Origin: Nemertoderma westbladi
Taxonomy: Eukaryota; Animalia; Xenacoelomorpha
NCBI GenBank assembly: GCA_032718475.1
Contig: JAUCBJ010003591.1
Span: 1-34,943 of the forward strand
DNA length: 34,943 nt
Direction: 5' to 3'
Shown: positions 19,050-33,199 of the stretch, piece by piece
Layout of the letters: each line of letters starts with the position of its first letter
Position numbering within the stretch: the first letter of the stretch is position 1
Notes under the pieces: model-generated
Told to the model about the DNA's origin: nothing
The model's input: only the letters and a program-made list of their open reading frames with translations
Databases searched by the model: none
Made by a program: the position numbers and the translations under genes

Positions 19050-20660
19050 TGTTGCCGTTATCCCAACACCAGGGGGGAAAAACGCCGATGCTGGAGACGT
19101 GACTTTACAGACCACTGAGCCCCGGCCAGTCACCGGATATTGATTTTGGAGAAGGAATGATTTCTGAGATGCAGGGTTGCGGTTGAGAAAAAGCTGCATT
19201 AGTTGGATATACTCTTTAATGTAACTGAACTCTGTTGAACCTTGTCAACAATATTGAACCCTGATTAAGAATAATTTTGGGCTTCCCCAAATCAATATAC
19301 ACCAAATATTCACAATAATTATACACGATAATATAAATCCCTACGGTATATTATTTAATTACCCACTGTTCGCTCAGAATTTTAGCCTACCTAATGTTCC
19401 CCAGATTTTCCCTCGGTCCCAGTCTTAGTGCCGTAGTGCCGGTGTCGGTCGACCCTGTCGCGTGTCCGTTCCACCCCTCACGAACCCCGAAGGGAACGAT
19501 CATCGAGAACCAGCACGGCTTGGCTAAGGGTCGGTCCAGTCGGTAGACTCTGTCGCGTATCCGTACCACCCCTCTCGAACCCCGAAGGGTTCGGTCATCG
19601 AGAACCAGTACGGCTTGGCTAGGAGTCTGTCGTGTCGGTGGACCCATTCGCGTGTCCGTTCCACCCCTCACGAACCCCGAAGGGTTCGATCATCGAGAAC
19701 CAGAACGGCTTGGCTAAGGGTCCGTCAGTTCATCACAGAAACCCAACCACCTAGGCTTTCCGAGTCCATTTCAGGCTCGTAGTCGCTTCGGCAGCCGAGA
19801 AACTGCTCCGAACAGTCGGTAGGCCAGTAGAGTCTAGTCGAGTCTAGTCCTTTGTCTTTCGACCCCATCGCGTGTCCGTTCCACCCCTCACGAACCCCGA
19901 AGGGAACGATCATCGAGAACCAGTACGGCTTGGCTAAGGGGTCTGTCGTCGGTTCCCGTCGCAAATCCCAATACAAGCAGTCAGCGTTCCGAGTTCTTTT
20001 CAGTCTCGTAGTAGCTGCCGTTGACCAGAGACCGCTAAGGGCAGTTCTCGTCAAACCCGTCCTGTGGCCAGCCCTTTCGCATGTCCGTCCCACCCCTCAC
20101 GAACCCCGAAGGGATCGGTCATCGAGAACCAGTACGGCTTAGGTCAGGGGGCAGTCGTTAGTTGGCCACCCGTTCGCGTGTCCGCTCCACCCCTCACGAA
20201 CCCCGAAGGGAACGATCATCGAGAACCAGAACGGCTTGGCTACTAAGGGGCCGTCAGTGCCCGTCGCAAATCCCTGACACAAGTAGTCAGCGGTCCGAGT
20301 TCTTTTCAGTCTCGTATTGGCTGCTGTTGGCCAGGGACTGCTAAGGGCAGTCCTTGTCCTTTAGGCCTGGCGCATTACCAAATCCACCCCTACAGGCAGC
20401 AGGAAGTTGGCCAGGGCCTAATAGTACTCAGGCTAACCTGAATACTGCTTGCATTTTCCATCCCCCCCTGGCCCTTATAACTATGAAATTATTCCCGTAC
20501 CCTGTAAGTTGCCCCAAAGTTCGCCCATAAATCGCCCCCAGTTTATTGAATGTGCCCAAAACCCATGGTCCCGCACCCAGTAGTAATATCGGAATAATCA
20601 ATTTTAAATAAATACAAAAATATTCAACTCGCGTTATGGAAAGTTGAAATACCGCGAACA
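19050..20660 (-). repeat. 5' LTR (1611 bp)
   Basis: Direct repeat of 8877-10487; followed by AGGAA TSD. Confidence 0.96.
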
Positions 20661-20728
20661 AGGAAGTTTGGTACATATAAAAATTAAAGGAAATTTGGTA
20701 CAAAATGGAGTTTAGTACATATAAAAAT

Positions 20729-21961
<1,233 letters not shown>

Positions 21962-22209
21962 AAGGAAGTACTAAAGTTGCTAGGTGCTAAAGGTACTAAA
22001 GGAAGTACTAAAGAACGTACAAAAGGAAGTTTAGTACATATAAAAATAAAAGGAAATTTGGTACATAAGGAAGTTGGGTACATGAGGAAGTTTGGTACAT
22101 AAGGAATTTTGGTACATAAGGAAGTTTGGTACATGAGGAAGTTTGGTACATAAGGAAGTTTGGTACATAAGGAAGTTTGGTACAAAAGGAAGTTTGGTAC
22201 ATATAAAAA
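21962..22209. repeat. Satellite spacer copy 2, left part; continues at 25805-25858 after the LINE
   Basis: Same as 8698-8876 with extra 18-bp units; right part matches 20676-20728. Confidence 0.92.
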
Positions 22210-25200
22210 GAGGAGTAATACCAGATTTCAGTGGTGAACATCAGTATGATTTTCCATACCCGAAGTGCACATACGATGTTAGTGGAAATTGGTCTTCTCC
22301 AATATACTACTCACCGCACTCTGGTCAAAGTCAGAATATAGGAGACAGGGACTTCAGATCATATAAAAGAAGTCCCTACCCCATCCATCCACAAAGACAG
22401 CAGCGCTTTTAAATCGTCAAATCCTTCAAACACACCACCTCCAGTTTTCAACAATGATGAAACCAACAAGAGAAACTGTATGGGACTAAAACTGTTAACG
22501 TTAAATTGTGAAGGCTACATCAGGAATAAAAATTATGTGGTAGAGCTACTAGACAACATACAGCCTGATATAGTATGTCTCCAAGAGCATTGGCTTGGTC
22601 CAAGACAGGCTGAGGTCTGTCTAATGCGTAATAAAGTACACTTGGCATACTCCTGTGCAGCTCTGACAGTTTCAGATGGAATGCTCACACCCAAACCCCG
22701 GGTAAGAGGCGAGGGGGGAACTGTGTTATTGGTTAAAAATGAACTAGTACCATTCTGCGCCTCACTGACAACAAACTCTGACAGAGTGTGTGGGATAACC
22801 ATTAGATCACTATATGATCAGAGCTTAGCAATAATTAACACTTATATGCCAGCCAATTGTAATAGAGAAAACGATACGCATGACTATTTGCGAGAGACCA
22901 ACAACCTCAATGTCCTGATCACCGAGTGTATTAATTCTAATCTAACACCCATTATAATGGGTGATATAAATGGAACTATTCAACGTGATAACACCATACA
23001 ACCTAGAGGAGCCTCGCACTACTCTGCTTTTGGCAAGATGTTTTATGACAACATAATCGAGCCTAATGAATTCATTGCTGCAGATATGACAACAAAATCG
23101 TCTGGAATGCTGTTTACGTATTCAGCCAAGTATAATGGGGTTGACCACGCGAGATCTAGCTATATAGATCATATATTTATCCCTCAACAGTGGTTTGATT
23201 ATCTAATAAAATCTACAGTTGGTGAACCTGATAATAATAATGTTTCGAAACATCTACCAGTGTATGCAGTTCTCCAACTAGTAAAGGCAGAGAACACCGT
23301 ACCACTTAACTTCCGTAAGAAAAAACAAGATAACATTAGATGGAACTTCAAAAAGGCCACAACTGAAAATTTGGCAACCTACAAAGAAAACATAGAAAGT
23401 AATCTTACTAAACCAACATTAACCGAAACATCTGTTGATGGCAGAGCCAAGCATCTTATTAGAACCATATCGAATGCGGCACGTTCCTTTATTCCAATGT
23501 CGTATGTAAAATACCGGCCATACTCAAACAACGAATCATACGAGGACCATGTACAAGCTCTAGTAAACTCAAACCGAAATAACTCCAAATCTTTTTGGCG
23601 AAAAATAAAAACAAAAAAGCATCATGTTTTCACTGATAAGCAACTAATACAGGTTCATCAACGTGTGACTGATCAATTTAAATGTGATCAGTCCGATCAA
23701 GGTAGTAAAAAACAGGAGAATATTGTCATAGACCAGTCTGAAGCAGCCACGGTAAAACTTAAGATGGAAACCGTTATAGACAAAATGATAGAGCAATCTG
23801 ATGCAGATAATTAGGTACCGTGACCGTGAAACCAAAAGAAATCTCCCAACTAATTAACAAACTTAATCGCGGCAAATCAAATGACTTCTACCAACTCAAT
23901 ACAGAAAGCCTAGTATACGGACGCTCACCAGGATTATGTAGCTACATTGCAGATCTTTTTACAGATATCCAAAACAGTGGCACCTGTCCTGAAATTTTCT
24001 CCGTTAGTACCATATCTCCCATTCCAAAAGGACGAAGAGTCGGTACAATCCCACGAGACGTTAATTTTCTATTCATTTCCATTGCTCTAAGCATAGCAAA
24101 ACTCTGGGAACTGTCTCTGCTGGAAGAACTCTCTAAACTACCAACGAATAACTTGCAACTTGGTTATAAAGCGGGTTCAGGGTCTGACATCGCACACCAG
24201 GTTGTCAACAGTATTATTAACAAATTTACTAAGAAAAGATAGCACATGTATGCAATGTGTGTGGATTTAACATCGGCGTTTGATACGGTCTGTCACAGTA
24301 AGTTATTTGCTAAACTAAGGAGGACTGACGTCCAACCTCGAGTTATTGATGCCCTGGAATCCTTTTACAAGAACTCAACTTCCCACATCGCTGCAAATGG
24401 GCACTTCATCCACAAACCAATACAAATACAAAGAGGTGTGCGTCAAGGTGGCATCCTATCACCCATATTATTTAACTTCTATCTAACCGAACTCATACAT
24501 GACTTGGAAACAAGTGGTTTGGGTGCACATATAGGAGAGCAATCATTTTGTGTCGTCAATTACGCAGATGATATTATAATTTTGTCAACCCTGAAGACTG
24601 ACTTAGCAAAACTTCTAAAAACCTCATCTGATTACTTCAAGAATCACAACTTAGAGCTTAACATTGTAAAATGTCATTACCTGTCAATCGATGTTAAAGG
24701 GAATCCATCAATAGATGACACCATCATGCTGGAGGGAAATATATTGCGCGCAGTGAAATCATGTAAATATATGGGTATACCAATTCCAGCTGGCTGTAAA
24801 TCAATCTACAACTTCAACAATAGCAAAATCTGGAGTAATATGTCTCAAATGGAGCGGTCAGGACTTACATTAACCGACGTCCCACTGAGTATAGTATCTC
24901 GTATATGGAAAGCCATCTGCATACCGACCGAGTATAGCTTATGGCTCCTCAAGTCTCACCTCTGAAGGGATAAACAGTCTAGGCAAAGGTATGCGTAGCG
25001 TAAGGCGATGCGCAAAGTGATACACTTAAATAACCGTGTCTCCAATAACGTACTATATTCATTGTTCGATATTAATATAGATGCGTGTCTGCGGCTACAG
25101 CAGTTCAATTTTATATTCAGATTGTTTAACACAGGCAATCCGAAACTAAACTGGTTGTTTGGAAATATTTTGTGTGACCACTGTACGGGAAACAGAGTTG

Positions 25201-25804
25201 ATATTTTCTCATCATATCAGATATCATCGTTTTTGTACAACCTACCATCTTTGCTATCAATTGCAATATCTTCCTATTCCACCAAACTTTGTTCTAGAAC
25301 TGTGTATAACGCTACAAAACAGTGTATGTCAAATAGAGACGTTTTTATATCTATTTATATACAAGCGCTATTAAATAATTTTTCCTATGATGCGTGCTAT
25401 AGCCTGTCGGTTATTAAGGACTATTTAAAACTATTTTACATATAATATAATATAACTTTATTATAACGTGAGTTAAAATATTTTTAATACCCATATTTTA
25501 AGGATATATTATCGGTTATTAAGGACTATTTAGAATACTATTTTACATATAATAATAACTAATTTACTTACTCCTACAAAATATTTTTAATACACACTAT
25601 TTTTCGGAGATATAATATATTTTTAATACATAATTATCTTTTTACTAAGGGGCAGCTCTTAACCCCAAATTTATGCTAAATAAATGATAAAGTTATTGAT
25701 GGTTGTTATTCTGTATATTGTTATAGTTAATGTGAGTTAATTATTCAAATATTGATTAAATATAGCGCCGGGGCCATCCCGGATTTTCAAAAAAAAAAAA
25801 ATAA
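22210..25804 (+). mobile_element. 5'-truncated, degenerate non-LTR retrotransposon (APE-type LINE; clade not determined)
   Basis: EN + RT coding remnants, AT-rich 3' UTR, poly(A) at 25789-25801, candidate TSD ATAAAAA (22203-22209 / 25805-25811). Confidence 0.92.
22480..25445 (+). pseudogene. LINE ORF2 (APE endonuclease + reverse transcriptase), disrupted
   Basis: EN: LTLNCEG, CLQEHWL, NTYMP, MGDING, YIDHI, SKHLPV. RT: DLTSAFDTV, GVRQGGILSPILF, YADD. Frameshift near 23815; in-frame stops at 24240 and 24963. Confidence 0.92.
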
Positions 25805-25858
25805 ATAAAAATTAAAGGAAATTTGGTACAAAATGGAGTTTAGTACATATAAAAATAC

Positions 25859-26134
<276 letters not shown>

Positions 26135-28358
26135 TGTTTCGAACAAACTACCCGGCCTAACCAATAAAGACACAAAACTGCTCTATTTATTAAACAGGGC
26201 AATCAGGAGCGTATATTGCTAATGTAGGGCTGCGGAGTACAAAACCACTACTTACTGTTGGATGGCGCTAATCTGCCATCCGCTAATATATTTCCTAATT
26301 TTCTACGGCTCCTGCTAAATTCTCGTTCCTTTCTCTATCGATTACTCAATAGAGAGCTAACTGTTCGAATAAATGAGCCAAGCGGGAATAACCAAAACAA
26401 CAAACCCGAATCGGCTCCCTAAGCTGACTTAAAACGAGTGTGAGAGGCTCTACACTCAGAGTATATTCTTATGGCCTAATCTTACTGTTAAAACGCGCTA
26501 ATAATCACATCTTTTCTAATCTAATCTAATCTAATCGCGTCTAATCGCAAAGACTGGGGTTCCCTAACGGAATGTGTGAATGTGAGAATATTTTAATAAT
26601 CAAAACTTCTAGTACAGTATCTTTTAGGGCTAATACCTTTTGTGGGACTAAACTTGCCTACGGCTGGCTTTAGGCCAGCAAAATTACTAATGCGTGTTGC
26701 GTACTGTATACTGCGATCTAACTTATTGTCCGCTAATTAAATAACCGCCCAGCGTGAATAGTGTACGGTACTCCAAATGACTACCTTAACTACTCTCCGC
26801 TATGCTGCGTACAAATTCTTAATTTTACTAATTAATTACAGTCACAAGTATGTTACAGCGCACTAATTACTAAGTATCCCAGAATGCGCAATTCTAATTT
26901 ATTACGTAACTGGTTGTACTAGTAACAGTCTAATACCATATTATTTTCGACCTAATCAGTATTTATTTACAGTAAACTAAGAAATAGAAATCAATCAAAG
27001 GGGAAAAGAGCACCTATCCAAGCATTCGTGATTTATTAGGCACACCTTAGTAACACACCAATCAGCGTAACAATCCATATTTTATACTTACCAACTTAAT
27101 TCCTAACGCACAATTCACAATTAGCGATCAACAGTTCACAACTCGCAGTCTACTACTCAATTTGCGATGCACAATCCGCAATTCGCAATTCGCAATGTAA
27201 GGCACGTAGGCCTCTCCCGAGTACATCTAGGCTTCCTAACTAACCCAATTCCTGCCCCCCTAATACTACAAAATAGAGACAAAATCTGGATCATCAGCCC
27301 CTAATTACTGTATCGGCGAGTGGTCTCCGCTCTACACTGCCAACTGCCCGACCGCAACGGTGGCCTTCCCGCCAGCGCTGCCCACCTTTGAATCCTCCGC
27401 ACTCCCTTCGTCGCCAACCCCCGATGCGCCCGCCACGCTTACCGGTACCTTAGCCCTCCATTAAAATGAATAGCTACCGTAACGGCACATGCAAATCACA
27501 AAGTCTGACAGTCTAAGAAATCCCGTGGGATTATTGCGTCGAAAGGAATCACATAGAACCATTAACTAAAGGGTAGAAATCATAGTTCCAATTGTAATTA
27601 ACAGTAATCATCGGGATTGATTGAGAAACACAAGAATTGCAACAGAAATTACAAATTAGCGAATCATTGCAAGAAATAATCAAAAGATTCGAACTACACA
27701 GCATTAATTATTACACTCTAAAAGTACGCTGCTGAAGGTGACTGAAGGGTAACTGAAGTAAGGTACAGACACACTGGCAAACGCCAATTTATAGGTGATT
27801 CATGGAGGATGATGCAATCGCTCTCTCATTGGCTCCCCAATCCGCGCTATCATTAGACCAACCTTGAAACAGTTAGGCCAATAAGGAAGCCGGATTGTGA
27901 ACCTCTCGCTCCTTGAAATCACAAATCGTTACCATATATGGTAATTTTGCTGATACTTAATTTAGCGGTACTAATAACATGATGCACAAAGGTTAATTTA
28001 GCGCAATTATAAAGAAAATTATGACCAATGTAAGCTAGCCCTGTTGAGGCTAATAACAGCAAGCTTAAATCCAGGGTCCAACAAACTTGCTACCCTGGAA
28101 CTATCTACTTATATCCTATTACAAAATTACATAGGTAGGGCTACATACTATACAAAATTGGTAAAGTCAAATATATGGGCGTTTTATTTTCCTTATCTAA
28201 AATGTCATTGCGCGTTATCATGTCTTATCTAAATAATTATATTGCATAACGGACTAATATATTATACTATATAATGGACTAATATATTATACTGTACAAC
28301 TGCTAATATATGTACAGTATAACGGACTAATATATGTACAGCGCCATATACCGTAACA
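26135..28358 (-). mobile_element. Candidate 3' LTR (~2.2 kb) of a second Bel/Pao-like element
   Basis: Minus strand: purine-rich GGAGCGG then TGTTACGG at 28358; ends ...GAAACA at 26135 exactly where the microsatellite is cut; internal CCAAT/TATA; lies downstream of the exonuclease homolog as in element 1. No partner LTR seen in the window. Confidence 0.5.
27751..27885 (-). promoter_or_regulatory. Pol II promoter-like cluster within the candidate LTR
   Basis: CCAAT boxes (~27828-27883, both orientations), TATAAA (27793-27788), Inr-like TCAGTT (27756-27751). Confidence 0.4.
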
Positions 28359-28509
28359 CCGCTCCAAGGGAAATCATGCAATGTTTCCCTCCACTTGTAG
28401 AAGAGTATAAGGCGATGTATACAAAACAAAATAAATCGCTTTCAAAATAATCTAAATAACTATAATAACTCTACTAATTACAAATATTGCTATAGATATT
28501 GCATAATGA

Positions 28510-28655
28510 ATTGCATACAAATTAAATTTACAAAATATTATCTCTTCCGAAGTTAACGATTATTACATACAAATTAAAATTACAAAATACTGTTTCTCAT
28601 TCGTTCTACATAATGATTACTACATACAAATTAAATTTACAAAATATTATCTTTC
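28510..28655. repeat. Three ~55-bp AT-rich tandem repeats
   Basis: catacaaattaaa(t/a)ttacaaaata recurs at ~28514, 28566 and 28623. Confidence 0.8.
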
Positions 28656-29047
28656 AATATATAAAAATTTGCTAGGGCAGGTGAAAGGAGTAAGCCAAAC
28701 CCGCAGGTTTGTCTCCCCAATCACCTCCTTCGCCTCTCTCATAACATAAATTCAAATAGGTACGACTAGTGTATATGAGTCCAGTCGGATATTTACGAAA
28801 ATGCTACAATATACATCAGAGCGACGATGATGTATATATCTAGAGTCTGTCGCCCCGTGATATGAATGCATTACCGACCCGCTCCTGGGTTCTTTGGGCT
28901 CGCTCCTCTCTTTCGCCCCCTTCCCAGATACACCAAACGTCCTCCAATCGATTCTGTTGACATTGTCCGCGAGGCGTCACTCCCCGGAACCGGCGACGAT
29001 GTTCCCTGAGCCCCGACGGATTCCCGGCTCGTGCTTCTCCCTCGGCC

Positions 29048-32000
29048 TCATCCCAATTGTCGTGCTCCTGTGGTCGCTTCCGCCAACTCTTCCTTTTGCA
29101 ATTGCACGCGCGCCTTCTCCGACGCACCCTGCGCCTTGCGCTGCAATCGCTGAGCCTCTATAATAGAATGATAGTGGTCGTCCTTGACTTGACGCTTGTC
29201 TTGGACCTCTCCTCCTGGTTCCTTCCGTGAGCCTTGAGCTCCAACGGTCATCGTTGTGGGCGCTGCGGTTCGCTGTTCCTCGATTCTCTTGGCGGTCAAT
29301 GACCCCACCGGTACGTGAGTCAACAAAAACTCGTTGCGGTATTGTATAGCCGCCATCCTCCAATCTCCTCGCGCGCGCACCACTTTTCTAGTTTCCGAAA
29401 ACAAACCTTTCGTAATACGGTCGCAAATAGCAACAAAGTTCCAAGTGTATTTATTATCCATATTCAATTGTCTGAAGTATTCCCGAACCACGATGACTCC
29501 AGTGTTCTGTGGAAGGTCTTGAGCGGTTAGGATGAGCTCTTGATATAGTGGTAACGACTGTAGATATGGCTCATTCGCAACGTGTGATGGGTCTACCGCC
29601 CAAAATCCATATCCCGCCTTAAATGGTAACCAACGCATCTGCGCTTGAATGTGGTAGTCAGCCACACCCTCCCACTTATCTAGCATCTCCTGAAGTAGGT
29701 TAGCGCTATGGTTTTGGAAGGAATCGTCTCGCAGTTGGCATCTCGCGCTACGATGTCCATTTATTCCACAATATCCACATTGAGAAATGAATACGGTGCA
29801 CGTATGAAACGAATGGTCGGTCTCACTGCACCAACGGCAGACCTTATGCGCCGCCTCCACTACCGCGTCGCACGATTTTTGATTGTGCCTTGTGCTGCCG
29901 CACAACTTGCACCTACGCGCTTGTGGAAACCAAGCCCTCTCGTATATGAGGTCTCCAATCGGTTTCGCACTTCCTTCTTTCCCAATGTCTAATACGATGT
30001 CGTCCTCTCCGGTCAGCGGTTGTCGATCCGGAACAAAGTAAACATCCTCGCCCTTGTCCTCTATCTCCAATATTTCCTCCCGCGTTCGTTTCGGATATGT
30101 CTTCTCCACCGGAAGATCTACTCCAAACACCTCTACTAACATCTCCGGCCAACCCTCTCTAACAGGTCTATCAGCCTCCAAGTGGAAGGGAGTACCAAAC
30201 CCGCGGGTTTGATTCCAGAACCACTTCTCCAAAGCCTCTGGCGTCGGATACTCCATCGACGGTCGGTCTCCCAAATCTCCGATATTCTGTCGATATATCC
30301 CTTCGAATATCGCTAATCCTCTCCTAACCATCGACGTATTCTCTAACTATTGGTTGAAGAACGGGGTTAAGAAACGCTTCATCACGTCGGATTGGATTCC
30401 CCCTTTCGAGCGAACGTATTGATCTCCTCCGAACACCAATGGATGACGCTTCAAAACTCGCGCAACGATATCCACTAACAAACAAGTTACCGTGTTCGAC
30501 TCAAGCACCAAATAATATTGTAGTGACGCACGGGGTTGCGCGCAAATGTTCCAATACACTAACGCTTGCCGCTTGAAGTGGGATTTGAACTCCGCTCCTG
30601 GTGGCGTGTTATATTCACCATACGCCTCCTCGTATTTCTTCTGCGTCTTCAACTTGAAGTCCCAATTATACAACAAATGTGCTATGAAGCCCATACCAGT
30701 CTTGGCAGAGTTGGGATACTCCCTATAAATTCCAATGTCTTGTGCCCATAGCAACAATAGCTTGGTGTCGACAAACGGCCTCGGCAATCTATCTTCCAAA
30801 TCAGTCATGGCGTTAAAGTCACTCTCCAAATCACTCTGGACTCCCGATCCCACCTTGACGTAATCTTGGTTGAGAATAGCCTCTCTAACCTTCTTGGGTA
30901 ACATCCTGGCGTCGATACGCTCTGCTCCGTCCATACCTCCTCGCCTGCATACCTCCAAAATCTGTTCCCTAGGATCCTTTCCCTTCCGATATTGTGTCGT
31001 TATTATGGGCTCTGGTCTCTCTCGATCCACCCTTACGCGCATAAACACATGAGTCACACCATCGGCCGCGCGAATTTGAATGCATTTGCTAGTCAAGCAT
31101 TCCTGATGAGACTCTCCTTCATTGTCGTAGAACATCACTCTCCAATCCTGTAGTGATTCCTCCGTTTTCCTCCACTGACGCTGAATCTCGTCTGATGGGG
31201 TCCACATGCGCTCGATAGCCTTGTGGTCGTCATATCGGGTGTAAGAACCCTTCCTCCTCAGCCACGCCTGGTCTACCTCCTCGTCGTCTGGGAACGTAGC
31301 CACCGCGACCCATACCTTGATGTACTTATCCAACCATCCGAATAACTTACTCTCCTTCCCCGGAGCTCCAATCTTATCCAGTGTGTTATAATCCGTGATC
31401 TGCATCGGGACATCACGCAAGAACTTCGCGCATAAAACTTCCCGTAGACAGTCGACATTCCAATAGTCCGACATCCTCACCATCGGCAAGAATCTAATCG
31501 CTTCTCGCGACTCCGGGTGATCTACCAATATCGCAGGTTCGTTGCCATCGGAATAATACACCGGTCGGGGTTGAGATACGGCCTGTGGAACAAATCCGGT
31601 CACTCTCCTCGTCTCCTCCTGATGTCTATCCGCGGTCTTATTATATTCCGCTACCCGCGCTTCGAATAACTGTTTTGCCTTCGCTGCTCGCTCCTCCTGC
31701 CGCAACGCGTCTATGTCGTCCTGATGCTCAGGCGTGAGGTTTCTCGCTCGATGAGGCGAAGTAAACGTTGTCCAGGGACTCGAGAGCTCCAAACCCGCGG
31801 GTTTGGTACCCGAGTCCCGTGCCTCTTCGCGCCGTGCCTCTAGGTCCTTGTAGGCTCGGTACAGCGAAATGGCCGCTGCCGTCTCTATCAAACTAGGTGT
31901 CGAACAGGGTTTAATCTCCGTATATGGATCTAATGTCGTAACGGTCGGCGTAATGGGTCTTGGAGGTCGCTTTCCACTGAAGTCGATACTGATCATCGGG

Positions 32001-32578
32001 TTGTTCATTGGGTAACCTCCCTCGTTGTATCTAAGGAATTGGTGAGCTTGACATCGCGTTAATATTGGTTCAGGATGTTGCTTGTCCAATCGGTCGGGAA
32101 TCGCCATGTCTTTTTTGTTCATGCATTCACCACATTTATAGAACAACTTGTATACACTGAAGACCTTCGGAGTCTCTTGATCCTCACCTCGAGTCCTCCG
32201 GTACAGATGCATTCCGTCGAACTGATCTCGGACTGCAGGTAGAGGTTCGTCGTGTCGTAAATACATGTTCATATGGTACAGCCACGCAATCTCCTCGTCC
32301 TGATCTGCACTAATGTCACATACGTCTAACGCAAAATCGTAGGGATACCGAGTGCGATACTCCTTCCGCAAAACTTCCATATGGTCCCCCAACACTCTCA
32401 TTCTTTCCCTCCTTAATTCCTTATCATACGCGGGTTTATACTTTCCATTTAGCTCCATTACCGACCTTCCATGGTAGTAGACATTCGAATCTTTACATCC
32501 CAGTCGGGCAAATGGTAGTTCCGCCTCCTCTCTAGCAGTAAATCCTCTCCGCGGTTGCGCTCTAATTTCCTTCTCCAT
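29048..32578 (-). CDS. Second exonuclease/zinc-knuckle gene (homolog of 10653-13253), split by one in-frame TAG at 30349-30347
   Basis: ORFs 30347..32611 and 29048..30331 are in the same frame. Motifs: FYDNEG, ILNQDYVKVGSGVQSD, FVDTK, TGMGFIA, YYLVLE, CKLCGSTRHNQKSC, CRWCSETDHSFHTC, CGYCGINGHRSARC. First ATG at 32578. Confidence 0.75.
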
Positions 32579-33199
32579 TATGAGCCGCGTATATACATAT
32601 ATATATTCCAATAGGTTCCGTTACGTAACTAATTACACTGTGGGTAAATCAGTTAGATGCCGCCGAAGGACAGACCTCCCGACCCCCCCCCCCCCGCCTT
32701 CCAGCAGTTCAGGTTCGACTCTCTAGATCCCGTCTCATTCCTAACTATACTCTAACCTATTTCCATGCATAGCGCAAAACTTTGGAGATAAACTGGCCGT
32801 GACCATCTCACTTTTTGATGCCCAAACTACTCCCATTACTTGTATTAAACTACAGTAGTTAGAAAGGACAATAGTCTCATTGCTCGACTATACCAAACCC
32901 ACAGGTTTGATAATCGAACATCACACTTCACTGCAAACTACTGAGTGGGGTTGTGAGTAGTATATATTTGCTATGATACTGTATCAAGGTCACCCATAGC
33001 CCATCATTACCGTCCATTTCTAGTACTGCCTCCAATCAGAAGCCACCATTTCAACCTTTACCAGTGGTCGTTATTATTTCAACCAATCAGATGTCAGCAT
33101 TTCATCCGTAACCATGGTAACTTCTCAAGTTCCCGCATCTTCCGCTAGAGGCGTTATTAGTCACCCAACGCTAGTACTGCCTCCAATCACCAAGCCTTT

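Larger units (their letters stand above)
8877..20660 (-). mobile_element. Bel/Pao LTR retrotransposon with both LTRs, integrase-less, carrying an accessory exonuclease ORF
   Basis: Two 1611-bp direct repeats with TGTT...AACA ends; 5-bp TSD AGGAA (8872-8876, 20661-20665); Bel/Pao gag-PR-RT-RH motifs; PPT next to the left (3') LTR. Confidence 0.96.
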
